Source: Octopus vulgaris (taxonomy: Eukaryota). Taken from it: a DNA stretch of 64,000 nt. Location of the stretch: positions 52,080,001 to 52,144,000 of the forward strand of contig OX597825.1 in the NCBI GenBank assembly GCA_951406725.2, written 5' to 3'. A program made the translations under genes and the position numbers. Shown piece by piece: positions 37,866-52,682 of the stretch (position 1 is the first letter of the stretch; each line of letters begins with the position of its first letter). The notes below the pieces were generated by a model, which was given only the letters and a program-made list of their open reading frames with translations, had not been told where the DNA came from and did not search any database.

Positions 37866-38350
37866 AGGTCACTTTCGAGTGCTACTGGTAACATGTAACC
37901 CAGTACAACCTGTTGCATGGTCGGGCCGTTGGCGTCTAAACTGGCAACCCCACCAAGCTTGCTTGTTGAGGAAGGTGTTTATTGGACACCCTGCGGGATG
38001 AAAAACAAAACCCGTCAAAGGGCGGAGGAACTCTTGAGAGTCAACGGCCATCCAATAAATTTCTTAATGCTGTATCATGCGCCGGGACATAGAAATAATC
38101 GGACTGAATACCCGATCACGCAGTTAAACCATTGGGAGTGAAGGTCTCCTAGCCTTTGTTAGGGCATCCTTCTAGGAGAACGTAACTCAGGTAACTGGGA
38201 TAACTCCGACATAAAACCTGCGGCTCAGTGGTTACCGATGATGTTGACTTGTTCTTCTTTTCGGATTATGGCTGCTGTTGCTTAGTGAGTGGGATTGACT
38301 CAGTGCACAACCTTTCCTCACTTTAAAAAAATCTTCTTGCACAGGCATTG
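37866..38350 (+). mobile_element. GC-richer non-coding block resembling an RTE-type LINE 5' UTR
   Basis: GGGCATCCTTCTAGGAGAA...AACTCCGACATAAAACC resembles a motif I recall from RTE 5' UTRs. No ORF follows. Confidence 0.4.
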
Positions 38351-38494
38351 CACGATAACAACATTGTTCATGATTGTTGATGGTGCTGTGAGTCTCAACT
38401 AAATAGCCTTAAAAAGCAAATAAAAGTCACATTTGATCACAGCACAAATAACAGTTAAGCTTCATGCAATGGCCATTATCCATAACGAGGGGCA

Positions 38495-38539
<45 letters not shown>

Positions 38540-39342
38540 CATGTTTATATGTGTGTATATATATGTATGCATGTGTATATATAGATGTATATGTGCATAT
38601 ATATATATACACACATATAAACATGCATACATATATATAGATGTAGACATATATATATATAAATGTACATAAGCATATATAGATGTAATATAAGTATATA
38701 TATATATATATATAGACATATATATATATTTATACATATATATATACACACACACACATATATATATATACATATATTTATTCATATAAATCTATATATG
38801 TACATTGATACATATACATCTATACATACATATATATGTGTACATATACATATATCTATACATATACATGTATACATATACATCTATATATATACATATA
38901 TAGATACACACATATGTGCAGATTAGTTTCACTCTGTATATATTATATACATATTGAATGTATTATACGTAAAAGTATTATCTTACATTACAATAGAGAT
39001 GTTATTGTTTCACTTTTGACACATGATTCTGAAATAGTGTAAAACATAAGAAATTGCTCCTGGTTCACATTAGGCAAGATGTTGAACATGTGTTTGTCCC
39101 ATGACACTACATGGACCATAAGTAAAGCATATCTAAAATATGAATGAAATTGGTTGGGTAATTCTTGAGTTTTAGTGATGCACACATACAGACAGACACA
39201 TTTTCAGTTTTATATATATATATAGATATGTATATATTTATGTATGTATATAAGTATGTATCTATGCATGTATATATATGTAAGTATGCATGTATCTATA
39301 TGTATGTATGCATGTTTTTATGTATGTATGTCTTCATGTATG

Positions 39343-39375
<33 letters not shown>

Positions 39376-39499
39376 TTGTGTGTGTGTGTATGTATGTATA
39401 TATGTGTTATATGTATGCAGAGTATTAATAATTGTCCATAGAATCTATAAGCATTTTAATGCATTGCTACACTCGGTTCCACAAACCACAAGTGTCTTA

Positions 39500-40173
39500 C
39501 AATCATAGTTTTTGGTTTTCTTGAACGTTTCTTAAGCCAGGATGAGTGTTGAGTTGATCACTTTGAGGTAGAATCAAAGAGAAAATCCATGCTGTAGAAT
39601 CACTTCCCTTCACCTGCTCCAAAGAAGGCCAATGTCGTTTCATCAGTAGGGAAGGTGATAGCCTCAGGTTTTGAGATTTAAAATGCATTGTGCTTATTAA
39701 TGATCTTCAACAGGACCACACCATCAATGGGCAGTACTATGCCAACTTCATGGGGCAGGGCAATTATGAAAGGTAGTAATAGATTTAAAAGACCCAGAAA
39801 GACTGATGAATGGGATCTTATTTCATCTGGACAATCTTCCAGCACACAAGTTCTTGGTTTCAATGGCTGATACGAGCGACTCACCCACCCTGTTCTCCAG
39901 GTTTGGCCCCATCTAACTATCAACTTCACCCCAACATTAAAAAACATTTGACTGATAACCTGTATCACACTGATGATAATGCTGTATCTGCCTTTGGTGA
40001 TTTTTTTTAGCAACCGGATGAAAGCTTCTTGACCAATAGGCTCCAAGAACTGCAACACTGGTGGAAGAATTGTGAGAACTGAAAGGGGATCTATGTTGAA
40101 AAATAAACCTCTTTTGGTCACATTCCATGAGAGTATCTTGGTCAGCCTACGGACATTTCAGCTGACCCTTGTA
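39500..40173 (+). mobile_element. Mariner (DD34D) 3' half, decayed
   Basis: HPPCSPGLAPSNY matches HPPYSPDLAPSDY; LQHWWKNCEN*KGIYVEK; TIR-like end ...TTTCAGCTGACCCTTGTA. Confidence 0.85.
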
Positions 40174-40409
40174 CATGTAATTTACAAACATATAAACATA
40201 CAAACTGTCATATATACACATATACTCAGTGAGTACAAATGCACACACACATGAAAAGATATACAAATACTCACATATGTACATACATATGAACATACAT
40301 GCATATACCTATATATGCACAATATATACCCTAATGCATAGTGTAACATATTTAAATAGAAACATAGAAGTTTATAAATGATAACAAATCAATCTTATTC
40401 TCTGTAAAG

Positions 40410-40454
40410 ATAATAATAATAACAACAACAGCAATAATAGTAATAATAATGATG

Positions 40455-40511
<57 letters not shown>

Positions 40512-40530
40512 TTAATAATAATAATAATAA
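40410..40530. repeat. (AAT)n microsatellite
   Basis: Seen directly in the sequence. Confidence 0.95.
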
Positions 40531-42841
40531 ATGTTGAAAAAATGGCAAAAGTTTGAAACAAAAACATAAGCTGTAATACTGGGAGAAAAATCAACAAATT
40601 ATTAACAATTAAGCTGCGAAAGCTGGCCACAATACATAGAATGGTGAAACAAATTCCAATCAATGTCTTTGCAATAACAATGAAAGAATCGGTGACCAAG
40701 CCAAAAATGTGGGGCACTGTGCCAAATTTTCGGAATTGTTACACCATTATCTCTGAGAATAGCATTCTACCTCTGTCATCATCTTCCTTGATGGATTGAT
40801 TGGCACAGTAGCTGGGTTCTTTAATAAGAATTCATATCACCCTTAATTCCTCTTCATACAAAAAGCAGTCAAAATCTAATCAAAGATAAAGATTATCAGA
40901 CCAATAACATCTTCCTTTGCAACAGGAAATCGCTGAAGGAAAGTTCATGGTTTCAAAGAATTCAATAAACTAAATCTAAGAAAACAAATTTGAGGTAATT
41001 TTCTTCTTATTTTATTTTATGTTCTCTTGATGTTTTAGTCATTTGCTGATGTTTTTAAACTGTATTTTCTGATATTTTCGATTCTTTATTACATGAAGAA
41101 TTTTATCTATGGAAACAAATGTCCAAGAGTGTGGATTGGTAAATACATTAACATGTGACTGTGTGCATACACATCTGAGAGTCACTACTTGAGAAGTGTG
41201 TACCAGTACATACATATATAAATCTATAAAGCTTGCACACACTGACGTTATCATACATATAATAACATATATACACATTTTTATCATTCCTATTTGCTGC
41301 TGATGACATAAAACAGGTGCAAGCCATCCAGAACTAGTAGAATGAGGTGGTACCTTCAATTGTCAAGCACTTTTCTAACCATTGTAGCAGTTTCAAGGAG
41401 TGGGTTAATTGCTAAGATCTACCAAAGTGAAGATACAATGCTGTATACTTTGATTATAGTACATGTAGACACACACATTCAAAGTTATATCAACAGTAAA
41501 CCTATCTGAATATATACATAGAAAATTAATATATTGTGTTTGTGTATACACACATAATGAGTGTGAGAGAGGGAGAGACACAGACATTAAGTGGGGGAAA
41601 CTGAGATGATAAAGAATGTTGACATTGCTCCTTTTTCTTAACCATTCTTTAGTTATAATTGTTATATGCTTTGGTCATACTGGAGTACGGTATGTTGTTA
41701 TAAATAAAAATTGTCGTTCTAGGTTTTCAGCAATTTGTACAGGTGATCAGTAAATGAATTAGTTGCTGAAAGCTGCCCTGAGTTGCATATATGATAATTA
41801 TTTGTGCTTGTGTGTGTTTCTTGAATGTATACACATGCACACACACACACGCGCACACACATGCATACACATGAACCACAAATAGACAGGAGGCATGGGA
41901 GGTAAATATTTTTTTCATTTAATATCCATATCCATACGATTACAATCAGTTTGTAGTCTTTTTCATGTAATAATAATTTCAGTGAATAATATATTATTTT
42001 ACATGCTTGCACAAATATGCATGTTATGCATTGTATAATACAGTTTTACATTTACAAATCAATGCAAATGTAAAAGGCTAGCTCTTCAGATCACCAGAAC
42101 ATCATGGTTACACCAAAGCTTCAACTCTGCATATACATACAAAATTGTCCTTCATACATACAATGTATGGAAGATGCATACCTAATAAGAATTACATCTG
42201 TATGGTCATTAAAGAATAAATATAAATAATAAATATATTTTGTATGATGTCAATTAAGATGCTGGATCTAAGTTTAGAGAATTGACCATCCTTAATGCCA
42301 ACAAAAGAACAAAAGTCAAGAAAGGATAGGAGAGAATGTAAAGTAGTTAAATTAGATAAAAGATTACTTTGAAAGTATTCAAAGATACATATAAAAGTAT
42401 AAATGAAATATATTATACATGAATTCAACAGGGTAAAGACAGCTGGAGATATAAAGATTAAACTAAAGAGTTTTGAACAACAGTTATTTTTAAATAGGGT
42501 TAAAAGGTCAAAAGGCCTCCAAACGAATTCTGACTGAAAAAAAAGTATTGAAACCAACACATCTAGCTAGAGGCAGATACATATAAGCATTAAGATACTA
42601 AAAACAATACCCAACCACACATGCGCAACTGTCTATTCATAAAACTATTAATATACATATATGCCACACAGACAAACATTGGAACACACACAAACATGAA
42701 TGTATGCATAATTATAAACAGAGAATATATTGCTAAATACATACAAAACACATACTGTACATACACATATGTGTACCTATAGAGAATTATACATATCTAT
42801 ATACAGCTAAATGCATAATATATAAATTCATAAAACACACA

Positions 42842-42927
<86 letters not shown>

Positions 42928-43406
42928 CATACACATCTATATAATATATATTGCACAGTCTAATTGTACAGCCGTAAGGCATATTCTATTGCGTACAACA
43001 TTATTTTGTCCTGTACTCACACATTTGTCAGCTTTTTTCTGTAGCTCTATGCTATGGCACGTCCATTAGACGACAGTGACCTTGGCTTGAATAGCATGAA
43101 ACCACTGATGAGAAAGTCAACTGCGAATGTTCCTTGTATTGCGTTTCTGTCTCCCTTTTCTGTCTGTTATGCTTTTGCCCAGGCTTATATATGTGTGTGT
43201 GTATGTATATGTATGTAGTATACACACACACTCACTCAAATATGTATAGAATTATATATATATCGCACATGGAATTATGAAGCGGACATTTTAAACTGGT
43301 CAGGTTGCATACATGCATATATATGTATGTATATGTTTGTATATGTAAGTATTCATATGTTGTATGTATATATATATATATGTATTTATATTTCTCTCTG
43401 TGTATA

Positions 43407-43463
43407 TTCTACTGATGAGGCAAAGTGTTTCTAAATGCAAAGCCAGAAATCCAGGATCTGGAA
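43407..43463 (+). ncRNA. Type-I hammerhead ribozyme heading a pLTR-like fragment (to ~43680)
   Basis: UUCUA CUGAUGA GGC...GCC A GAAA UCC-A-GGA UC UGGAA. The downstream sequence is homologous to 24810-25310. Confidence 0.7.
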
Positions 43464-43795
43464 TTATCCAGTAATTTTTCTACTTGTTTTATTTTGTCTT
43501 TTTGTCTTCTCTCCTTGTGCTATATGAACACTTAAGGTGGTTTTAGAGTCAGATCCTGGCTGCTATTTTCAGCATGGTGGTATCTCGTAGATACCCTAAT
43601 TTATTACCTTTGAAGGTTTTTATTTCCATGCTGGCCACTTGATAAGATCATTATTTAATTTAAATTATCCTTTTTATATACACACAGCGGTGCATCAGCA
43701 TGGCCGCAGCTCTGAACTGAAACTAGAGAGAAAAAAAAAATATATATATTATTAATTGACTGTAGGAGATGGTTTTTGTATTAGACTTTTATTAG

Positions 43796-43837
43796 GTACA
43801 ACATATGTTTCGACCCAGTCTATGTCTCTTCAGGTAC
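43796..43837 (-). ncRNA. Type-I hammerhead ribozyme, canonical core
   Basis: GUAC CUGAAGA GAC-auagacugg-GUC GAAA CAUAUG UU GUAC. Confidence 0.8.
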
Positions 43838-45599
43838 AATAATAGATAATTTTTGTATCATATGGCTTGTTGTTATATGCCCATCCAGTTTGAGAATGAA
43901 TAAAAGTGAAAAATATTGTAGAAATGCAAAAAATTCAAATATGAATGTGGAAAATATTCGTTCCAGTTTAGATAAATGATGTAATCAGCTTTTGCTGTCA
44001 TAACTGCTTCGAGGAAAAAGAAAGTAGAAAGTGAAAAGAAGATTAATATTCAGACAAGTATTATCGTGTTCGTGCATATATGCATATGCATATATTTACA
44101 TACATATGTAAATACATACACTTATATATACACTTACATATACACACACACACACACATATATGTATACACACACATGTATACATACATATGTATACACT
44201 GACGTATATAAATATGTGTATAGACATGTTCATAGAACCATATACACACATACATATACTCATATACACATACATATATAGATACATATATGTATATATA
44301 TATATATATATATACACACACATCTAGATTGTAAAGTTACATGTCTAAGTACATGTTATTCTGATACTGTTCTTTTTAACTCAGGTGCTTTACTCAACAT
44401 CTAAACACACTAATCTAATTATACATATTTGTCTAAATTTTCTTTTACACACACACATATATATATATATATACGTTTATACATGTCAGAATAAAAGTAC
44501 ATGTATACACATTTTCATATACTCAGTTAGAAATATATAGTTATGTTAACACAAGTACATATAGATATGTTAACACAACAAATATGTACACAGGTTCATA
44601 ATAGGTGCATAGATATAAATGCTATAAAGTAAACACTTCCATTATATTGAAACTGGTAAGCTGGATTATAAGAGCAGATTTAAGGATTTATGTATTCTAA
44701 TAAAAAAAAAGTGAGATTTGAAGGTGTAGAATTACATAAATATGAAAAAAATGGTTCAGACATTAAATATGATAGACTGGAAAGCTATAACAGCATGTAA
44801 GGAGTATTTTACAAATAACAAAATATCTAAATATGGTATCATGTGTCTATTTCTAAGGTGAAATCAAATCACAGTTAACCAAATTAGGGAATAATACACT
44901 TGTATTGATCATGGTTAAACTTCATTAGTGTAGGCTCAATAATTAAGTGTAAAATTAGATATGGTTATCATATAGGAACTACTTAAATTCAAGGTGCTAA
45001 CAGCAATGAGAAATAGGTATTTTTGCTGATAGAATTTTTGAATATAATCTAATACCTTATCTAACACTCATACTAATTTCCATACATTGTATATATAAAA
45101 GAAAATTTTGTACACATGCAGACTCGAACCGTTGGTGTAACCATAATGTTCTGATGATCTGAAGAGTGAGCCTTCTATATCTGCATTGATTTGCAAATGT
45201 TCCATGTGTACAATATTGGTGCAGACATATAAAATAATTTATTATTCCCTAAAATTATTATTACATGATAAAGGCTGTGAAGCAGCCATAATCCTACAGA
45301 TATCAAGTGGTTAAATAAATATAGTCACCTATTGTGCCTTCCGTCTTTTATGGTTTATGTACTTCTCATGAAATAATCTCTTGGCTCTCCTGAATTTCAG
45401 CTGCATAAGACTCTGTACAATACTCCTCCATGATTACTATAGGATATGATAGCCAGATCCACTAGAGGAGCTTTCTGTGATACCCACAGGATTCTATGAA
45501 TCTGTATATTATTACATGACAACTATGTGTGAGTGTGTGTGTGTTCATGCATGCATTGGAAATTCTTATCACAGTATTGACTGTGCTATCAGAAGTTAT

Positions 45600-45925
45600 T
45601 ATACACCACTGGTCACAATGTGCTTCCAAGTTTGCCTTGATCGCACCATTCTTTTTCATCTTCAACCAAATTGCTCAATTAAATCATCCCTCGATCATTG
45701 TGAGGCCTTTCAAGTGGCCTTTTCTGATCTCTTGGATGTCACTCAGTAACTGCATAACTCCACCGGTTGTCTGTGAACCTTGTGCCATGTCTGGTTCAGT
45801 GGAACTTTTTCATTTGGTACTCCGCAATGACATCATTCATGCCAATCTGTTCTCAAATTATTTCATTTCAAAAGTACACTCTTAGTAATGTTCCTAGTAT
45901 GGATCTTTCCATAGCCATTTGGTTC
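45600..45925 (-). mobile_element. RTE-clade LINE 3' coding fragment (decayed)
   Basis: AMERSILG...NEII*EQIGMNDVI...FTDNRWSYAVTE*HPRDQKRPLERP. Confidence 0.8.
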
Positions 45926-46399
45926 TTATAGTAATTTTAACAATCTTTGCTGATTTAGAGTGAATGTTTCCATTCTTTCTTTCTGTCTCACTCCCTCTCT
46001 CATTATATGTGTGTGTGTGTGAGAGAGAGAGAGGGGGGAGATGATCCTTATACATATAGTAATTCTAATAATCTTTGCTGTTTCAGAGCGAATGTTTCCA
46101 TCCTGTCTTCCGGTTTTCTTACACCCTCTCCCATTTTGTATGTATGTATGTATGTATATGTACACGTGTGTGTATAACAAAATGTGTTAAATACTGGAAC
46201 TGACTTCTTTTATTCTGTATTTTTCTTTTCTTCATCTTCTTTGTTCCTCGTCTATCACATCTATTAACAAGAATTATTAAAGATTCTTCATTTTTAAAAG
46301 AACTCTCCTTCCGATCTTCAACTACTTTGAAAAACTCTCCAACACTTATTGTCATCAATCATACAGCAGTCTGCTTGTATAAGAGAGAGAAATTAATGC

Positions 46400-46432
<33 letters not shown>

Positions 46433-47329
46433 TTTCAAGTGAAAAGTATTCAACAACCTTAAATATTCAGCAGGAAAGAAAATTTACAGAACAAAAATAA
46501 AACAATTTGTCATGTAAATTTGATTTCATTGTCTTTCCATTGGCATGTGTGTGTGTGTGTGCTTGTGTGTGTGTAGGTTTGTCTATGTATGTGTTTGTGA
46601 GTGTGTATCTGTAGGTGTGCTCATGTGTATGTTTTTGTGTATATACGTTTGGGTGAATGTGTGTAAGTCTTTGGGGTTTTTTTCTTGTGAGTATTTGTGT
46701 ATGCACATGTAGACAAGTGCATTTCTGTATGAGTTTGTGTGAGGTGCACGTATCTTGCATAAGTGCATGTGCTTGTGTGTAATTATGTATGAATGTAGGT
46801 ATGTGTGCATGTATGTGTGTATCCATTCATGTCTGTGTTTTTGTATACATGGTTATGTATGCATGCATGTTTCTGTGTGTGTGTGTGTGTTATAGTTTGG
46901 ATTCCAGTTCCTCAGTTTATTGGTTTTTCTCCATTTTCTCCAAGAGACAACAATGATAAATACAGTGGCACTTTGCCATTGTTCAATCATCACATTATGA
47001 AGTGTTTAAATGAACAAACAATAGCAACAACAATAACAATAACAACAAACATTAATACAGCAACTACAACATCTACCACAACTATAACAGTAACAACTCT
47101 TGCAACAACGATACCAAAAAACAAAAATATTTGCAATAACAACATCAGGAACAACAAAGTTAACAGCAACAAAAATAATATATAAAATGTAAAAAGATAT
47201 AAAAAAACAAAGGCATTTCGGAAAGAATGAGAGAAATACTGAAATATTTTAGATGTATATATATGTAAATGTGAAAAAATAATTATGAATGTGTGTAAGG
47301 TGTAAGTGAAATATATGTATATATATATT

Positions 47330-47644
47330 GGGTGCTTTCACGTGCCACTGGTACGGGGGCTGGTTGGGAGGTTCTGGCAACAATCATGCTCAAAAGGTAA
47401 CATGTAAAAATAACTTTTGAGTGTGGTCATTGCCAGAGCCAACTGGCTGGCCCTTGTACTGGTGGCACGAAAAAGCACCCACTACACTCTCAGAGTGGTT
47501 GACGTTAGGAAGGGCATCCAGCTGTAGAAACTTTGCCAGATCAGATTGAGACTGGTGCAGCCTTTGGCTCACCAGTCCTCAGTCAAACCGTCCAACCCAT
47601 GCCAGCATGGAAAACGGACGTTAAACGATGATGATGATGATGAT
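47330..47644 (+). mobile_element. Family B copy
   Basis: Conserved 3' end with (GAT)n. Confidence 0.85.
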
Positions 47645-47659
47645 ATATATATATATACA

Positions 47660-48872
47660 CAGGGTGTGATGGGTAAATTGCCGCCATTTTATATTTTTTA
47701 TTTTGAAATGGCACATTGTCCGTTTTTAATTTTGTTGACTACAAGTAAAACTGCACCATGACACAATTCACATTGCTGGAAATTTTGAAATGACATGCTG
47801 TACTACTTAACATTCGTACTAGAAGTTCCAATATGAACATTTCAGAGTGTTTGGGTGTCAATCTGATGACAGTGCAGAGGATTCAAAAAGTGTTGGATCA
47901 GTCTAATGGTGATTACAAAGGTATGGCAGCTTGGAAAGCTCACTCTTATCGTTCTGATAAGAAAAGAACTCCTGAATTTGTAGGTGAGATCCAGGCCATG
48001 ATTGACAACAATCCTTCCAAGTCAATCAGGTCCATCGCCAGGGACATGAGAGTGTCTGAGTTTCTTATCAAGCAGGTAGTGCATGAAGACATTTGGTATT
48101 CCTCATACAAGGTGAGAAAGGGGCAATTTTTATCCCAAGCCATCAAGGACAACAGGAAAGACCATGCTACAAAGCTTTTGAACAAACTCAAGCATCTCCT
48201 CCAACTGAACATGCTTCGCTTTTTCTCAGACGAGAAAAATTTCTGCCAGGATAAGATGGGGAACATACAGAACAATTGTTGGATTGCTGTGTCCCCAAAA
48301 CATGTACTGAGAGTGATAGAAATCAAACATCCACTCCAGTCAACAATTGACGTTATGCCTCCATTCATCTTCCCACAGTCTCACAAGAAGGTCTACATCA
48401 AGTCCCTGGAGGAGGTAGTGCTGCCCTGTATCAAGAGGGTGGCTACTGAAAAACCCTATGTCTAGAAACAGGACTCTGCACCATGCCACACAAGCATGAG
48501 AGTTATGGCTTTCAGACAATTTCTGTGGCCACATCAGCCCTAACATCTGGCCACCTAACTCCACAGAATGCAACCCTGTTGATTATTATGAGTGGGGTAC
48601 AGGTGAGTTAGAGACCCACAAAACTCTTTGTAACACCAAAGATAAACTGAAGGCAAGGATTATGGCAGCATTCACAAATTTAAACAAGGCATCTGTCCAG
48701 AAGAGTTGCAAGAGTTTCTGAAGTTGTCTGGAGGCTGTTATTGAATAAATTTGCTCTTTAGGATTTCGAGATATTTTTTATGTAATTTTGGTAAATATAT
48801 CTGTTAAAATGAGATGTCAGTGTTATTTTCATTTTTGTGTAATTTAGGTAACAATTTATTCACTGCACTCTG
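47660..48872 (+). mobile_element. Tc1/mariner-superfamily DNA transposon (maT/DD37D-like), near full length, defective
   Basis: Imperfect TIRs CAGGGTGTGATGGGTAAATTG / CAATTTATTCACTGCACTCTG. Motifs FFSDEKNF, QDSAPCH and WPPNSTECNPVDY. Confidence 0.9.
47833..48465 (+). pseudogene. Transposase ORF remnant (HTH plus first catalytic D), truncated by a stop before QDSAPCH
   Basis: 210-aa ORF with SIRSIARDMRVSE (HTH) and FSDEKNF. Confidence 0.85.
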
Positions 48873-48974
48873 TATATATGTATGTATGCATGCATGCATA
48901 TATCTATATATATATGTATATATGTATGCTTACACATGCTCACACATGCGCACACACACACACACATATACATC

Positions 48975-49240
48975 CTCATGATCATTGACTGCCTGTTTTC
49001 CATGCTAGCATGGGTTAGACAGTTTGACCAGAGCTAGCAAGCTGGAGAGCTATACCTGGTTCCAGCCTGTTTTGGCTTGGTTTCTATGGCTAGATGCCTT
49101 TCCTAACACCAGCCACTTTACAGAGTGTACTCAGTGCTTTTTACGTGGCATCAGCATGAGTAGGTTAAACATACACTAGCATGGGTCATTTTTAGGTAGA
49201 CTGTCATGGGTGCTTTTTATGAGGACTGGCATGATGGCTC
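48975..49240 (-). mobile_element. Family B copy, diverged
   Basis: TTTTCCATGCTAGCATGGGTTAGACAG... Confidence 0.7.
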
Positions 49241-49369
49241 TTGCAAGGGATCTTCAGTTGGAAGAGAAGCATTAACAATTCTGCTGTAGTGGATGGTACA
49301 CTGTATGAAGTTCCTACATATTCCTTACCTACTAATTGAACTGGGCCATTTACTTCAAATGGGTAAAGT

Positions 49370-49725
49370 CCTGTCTATTTTCTTACTTACTAAAACTTAG
49401 ACTTTGCTAAGTTAACCTTAAAGTCCTTCATATCCAGGCTTTGCTTCTACATCAGGAATTTTTTTCTAGTTCTATCACAGAATCAGTTATGAGAGCAAGA
49501 TCATCAGCATATAGCAGTTCCCAGAGGTATTTGGTCTTGAATTCCTGTTATGGCCTGGAGAACAATGATAAAAAGGTGGGGACTGAGAGCCGGGCCCTGA
49601 TGGATACCTACATGTACACCAAATTTATCACTGTATTCATGGTTAATTCTCGCCTTACTAACAGAACCTTTGAACATGGCATGCACATCTTTCACAAGCC
49701 ACTCATCTACCCATAGCTTCCTTAT
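49370..49725 (-). mobile_element. RTE LINE reverse-transcriptase fragment
   Basis: VGIHQGPALSPHLFIIVL followed, after a frameshift, by LLYADDLAL and KVNLAKSKVLV. Confidence 0.85.
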
Positions 49726-50659
49726 ATCACACAGTGATATTATATATATGTGTGTGAGCATACACACAAAATTATTTTGTATATAAAAAAACAACTGATC
49801 ATTGCATAAAGGAATTAATACAAGTGAAGGGTCTAACTAATATTTATTGCAGTTTAATTGACAGTGACTTCAAAGTTTGGCTGCATAAGTGGCTGATTTA
49901 AATTCTGAGTTTCTCTCTATCACATTTAAAACCACACTGGTTAGGATGAATTCAGTTTTGTTTTAAGAAGTGTTACTCACAGCAGTGATTCAGTTATTTC
50001 TAAAAGATGGTATCTATTAACAGCTATGTGAACTAGACTATTATGGAGTTAAAATGATAGTCCAATCCAAAGACATAATGCGGTACCATTAAGTGATTAG
50101 TAGCCATTTATATCCTAGGCAACTGTCTGCTTAAAATCATATCAGTATAAGCACCTATACTCTCCAACATCAATTTTCTTGATGCCAAGTATAAATATCG
50201 TTATTATTGTATCTACCACTTTTCTTCATATTAAACTATTTTCTACAGTATACTAGATTTGAGAAAATATATTTTTCCATCTTCTAGGCTTTGTGTTAAT
50301 CACATCCTCTATTATATCCACACCTCAGAGCCTTAACACCTGGAATTCACAATTTTCAGTTGACAATCAGATGTCAAATTAGAGATGTTTAATACTAAAC
50401 CTCAATTGTATTAATGTTACCAATATGGAAGTGGTCATTCAGAAAGCTTGGATACTATTGTCTTTTCCTTACTAATACATACATTTACACTAAATCAACT
50501 CTGTTTTTAATGTCATCTTTCCTAGGACTCCTATTAATCTATCTACTTCCTTTTGACCTATGACATAATATCAATACATGTTTATTTATTCTCAGACGTT
50601 ACTAACCCTAAATAGAAACAGAAATGAGTAACAAGCAAGCTTATGACCTATCTATTACT

Positions 50660-50830
50660 TTGCCCCTTATCAACAATGATTTTCTTGTCGTTTCCTTTCC
50701 AGTTGGCTTTGTGTCATCTGTATCATCTTCAGTTCCCCTTCTATCAGTCTCCACATGGTGACCCTCACCACAGGTTTCTTAGTTTCCTTTACTTTCTGGG
50801 TCCCAGTACAAGTTTTACCTTTGAAAGATA
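50660..50830 (-). mobile_element. RTE-like LINE C-terminal fragment
   Basis: VTMWRLIEGELK...QLERK resembles RTE C-termini. Confidence 0.45.
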
Positions 50831-50877
50831 ACCCTGTGTTTGCTTTTCTTTTTTTTTTTTCTTTCAACACAGCAATT

Positions 50878-51130
50878 GTGGAGGTATGTGGCCTAGTGGC
50901 TAGGGTGTTGCACTCACTATCATAAGATTATTGTTTTGATTCCCAGATTGGGTGGTTTGTTGTGCTCTTGAGCAAAACACTTCATTTCATGATGCTCCAG
51001 TCCACTCAGCTGTAAATGAATTCAAGCAATAGGTGAGCATTTAACCCCAAAATGGACCAGCATCCCATTCAGTGGGAAGTATTGTAATCACATTCACTTA
51101 TACCCATAGAAATCAAATTAAACTCTGGCC
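50878..51130 (+). mobile_element. Old tRNA-headed SINE (family D)
   Basis: GTGGCCTAGTGGCTAGGG (A box), TTGATTCCC (B-box-like), then TTGAGCAAAACACTT. Confidence 0.65.
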
Positions 51131-51973
51131 TTCTTCTGGGTCTTAGTGTGCATGACTGACCGAGGCCAATAGGGACTACACATCTCCACATGTAAGTCAC
51201 CATATATTGAAACCGTACTGTCTCAAATAGGTAAGTATAATAAGCAATGGTCTTTCTAACCCCAGCAGTTGATTCATTAACATCTATTCAGCCATTTGGG
51301 CCCAATCAAGATTTGAACAGCCTTCCTCTGAAATTGCAGTCTTACAACTACTTCTAATACTTATAAGCCATTGATGACTGCAAGATTTTCTCTTCTTACT
51401 TATACAAACATCTGTAACTTGTCAACTGTCTCATTTCTGATAAAAATACAAATCACACACAGACACATACACACACACACCTACATACATACCCACACAC
51501 AAAACACATGGCTATCAGTATATTTTTATATATACTAAATTTTATTAAGATGACAACAAAATTATACACCCGCCATGTTATCGTCTTGTCATATATCCAT
51601 ATTGTAGAATAAGAGATTCAGTTTCACTTGAATATTTTACAAACAATATTATATATTATATCACAAATATTTACTCAGCTTTTTTTCTCTCCAGATACAT
51701 TCTTATCTCGTCCTTTCCTCTGATATTCACTTTTCTTGTGTGCTGATGATGTTGTTGTCATTGTTGATGATGTTAGTGTTGCTGTAGTTGTTTGCTGTAA
51801 TCTTTTGTTTCACTTCTCACTTTTAAATACAATTTCTAAATTATACGCAAAAGTTTTATTTCTTATAACAAAAAGCAGCAATAATCTCTAAAGCTGTCAG
51901 TGTTCTGTATTTATGCATACATATACATGTACACACACACGTATATATATATATACAAGTATATATTATACAT

Positions 51974-52029
<56 letters not shown>

Positions 52030-52600
52030 GTGTGTGTGTGTGTGTACATATTTATATACACACACATATCCACATTCATACACTCACACATACCCACACA
52101 TATCTGCTATGATAGAAACAACTATCATGTGGCTGTCTATTGCACTCTTTCAGTTTCATTTATTACACTGTCTTCTAATAATCTTTCTTCTGTTACTCCT
52201 CACTAAGATGATAGTGAAGAAATGAACAGAGATATCACAGGGTTAACAGAACACATGTTTGTCTTTCAGTGAATAAGGCAATTTCTCTGGTAGCATTGAT
52301 GGAACAGTGGCAATGCTGGAGGTGAAGGCTCTTTAGACTAGAGTGCAATGTTTCTAGTACTCGATTCATGATAATATACAAATTCTGGTTTTGATAAAGA
52401 AGAGATTCATCTGTAATGGTCCCTGATACATCTAGGAGGGTGGTAACTCCAGTAACAAACTGACTCAAACTGTTATGATTTGCTTAATCAACAGCAGTAG
52501 GAAAAAGGATCAGTGAAATGATAATGATGACACTGATATATACATACATCGATATACTCAGTGCCATTTGCAAGCTGAATTTTACCAATAGACTAACAGA

Positions 52601-52641
<41 letters not shown>

Positions 52642-52643
52642 CG

Positions 52644-52682
<39 letters not shown>

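Noticed and set aside
40640-42560. Non-repetitive stretches as coding exons
   Set aside because: Candidate splice-bounded frames hit stops quickly and show no recognisable domain; non-coding exons cannot be excluded.
45529-45885. 118-aa plus-strand ORF as a host gene
   Set aside because: It is the antisense of a decayed RTE LINE fragment.
45927-46110. ~55-bp direct repeat around a microsatellite
   Set aside because: It looks like a simple local duplication; no ribozyme, TIR or coding signal seen.
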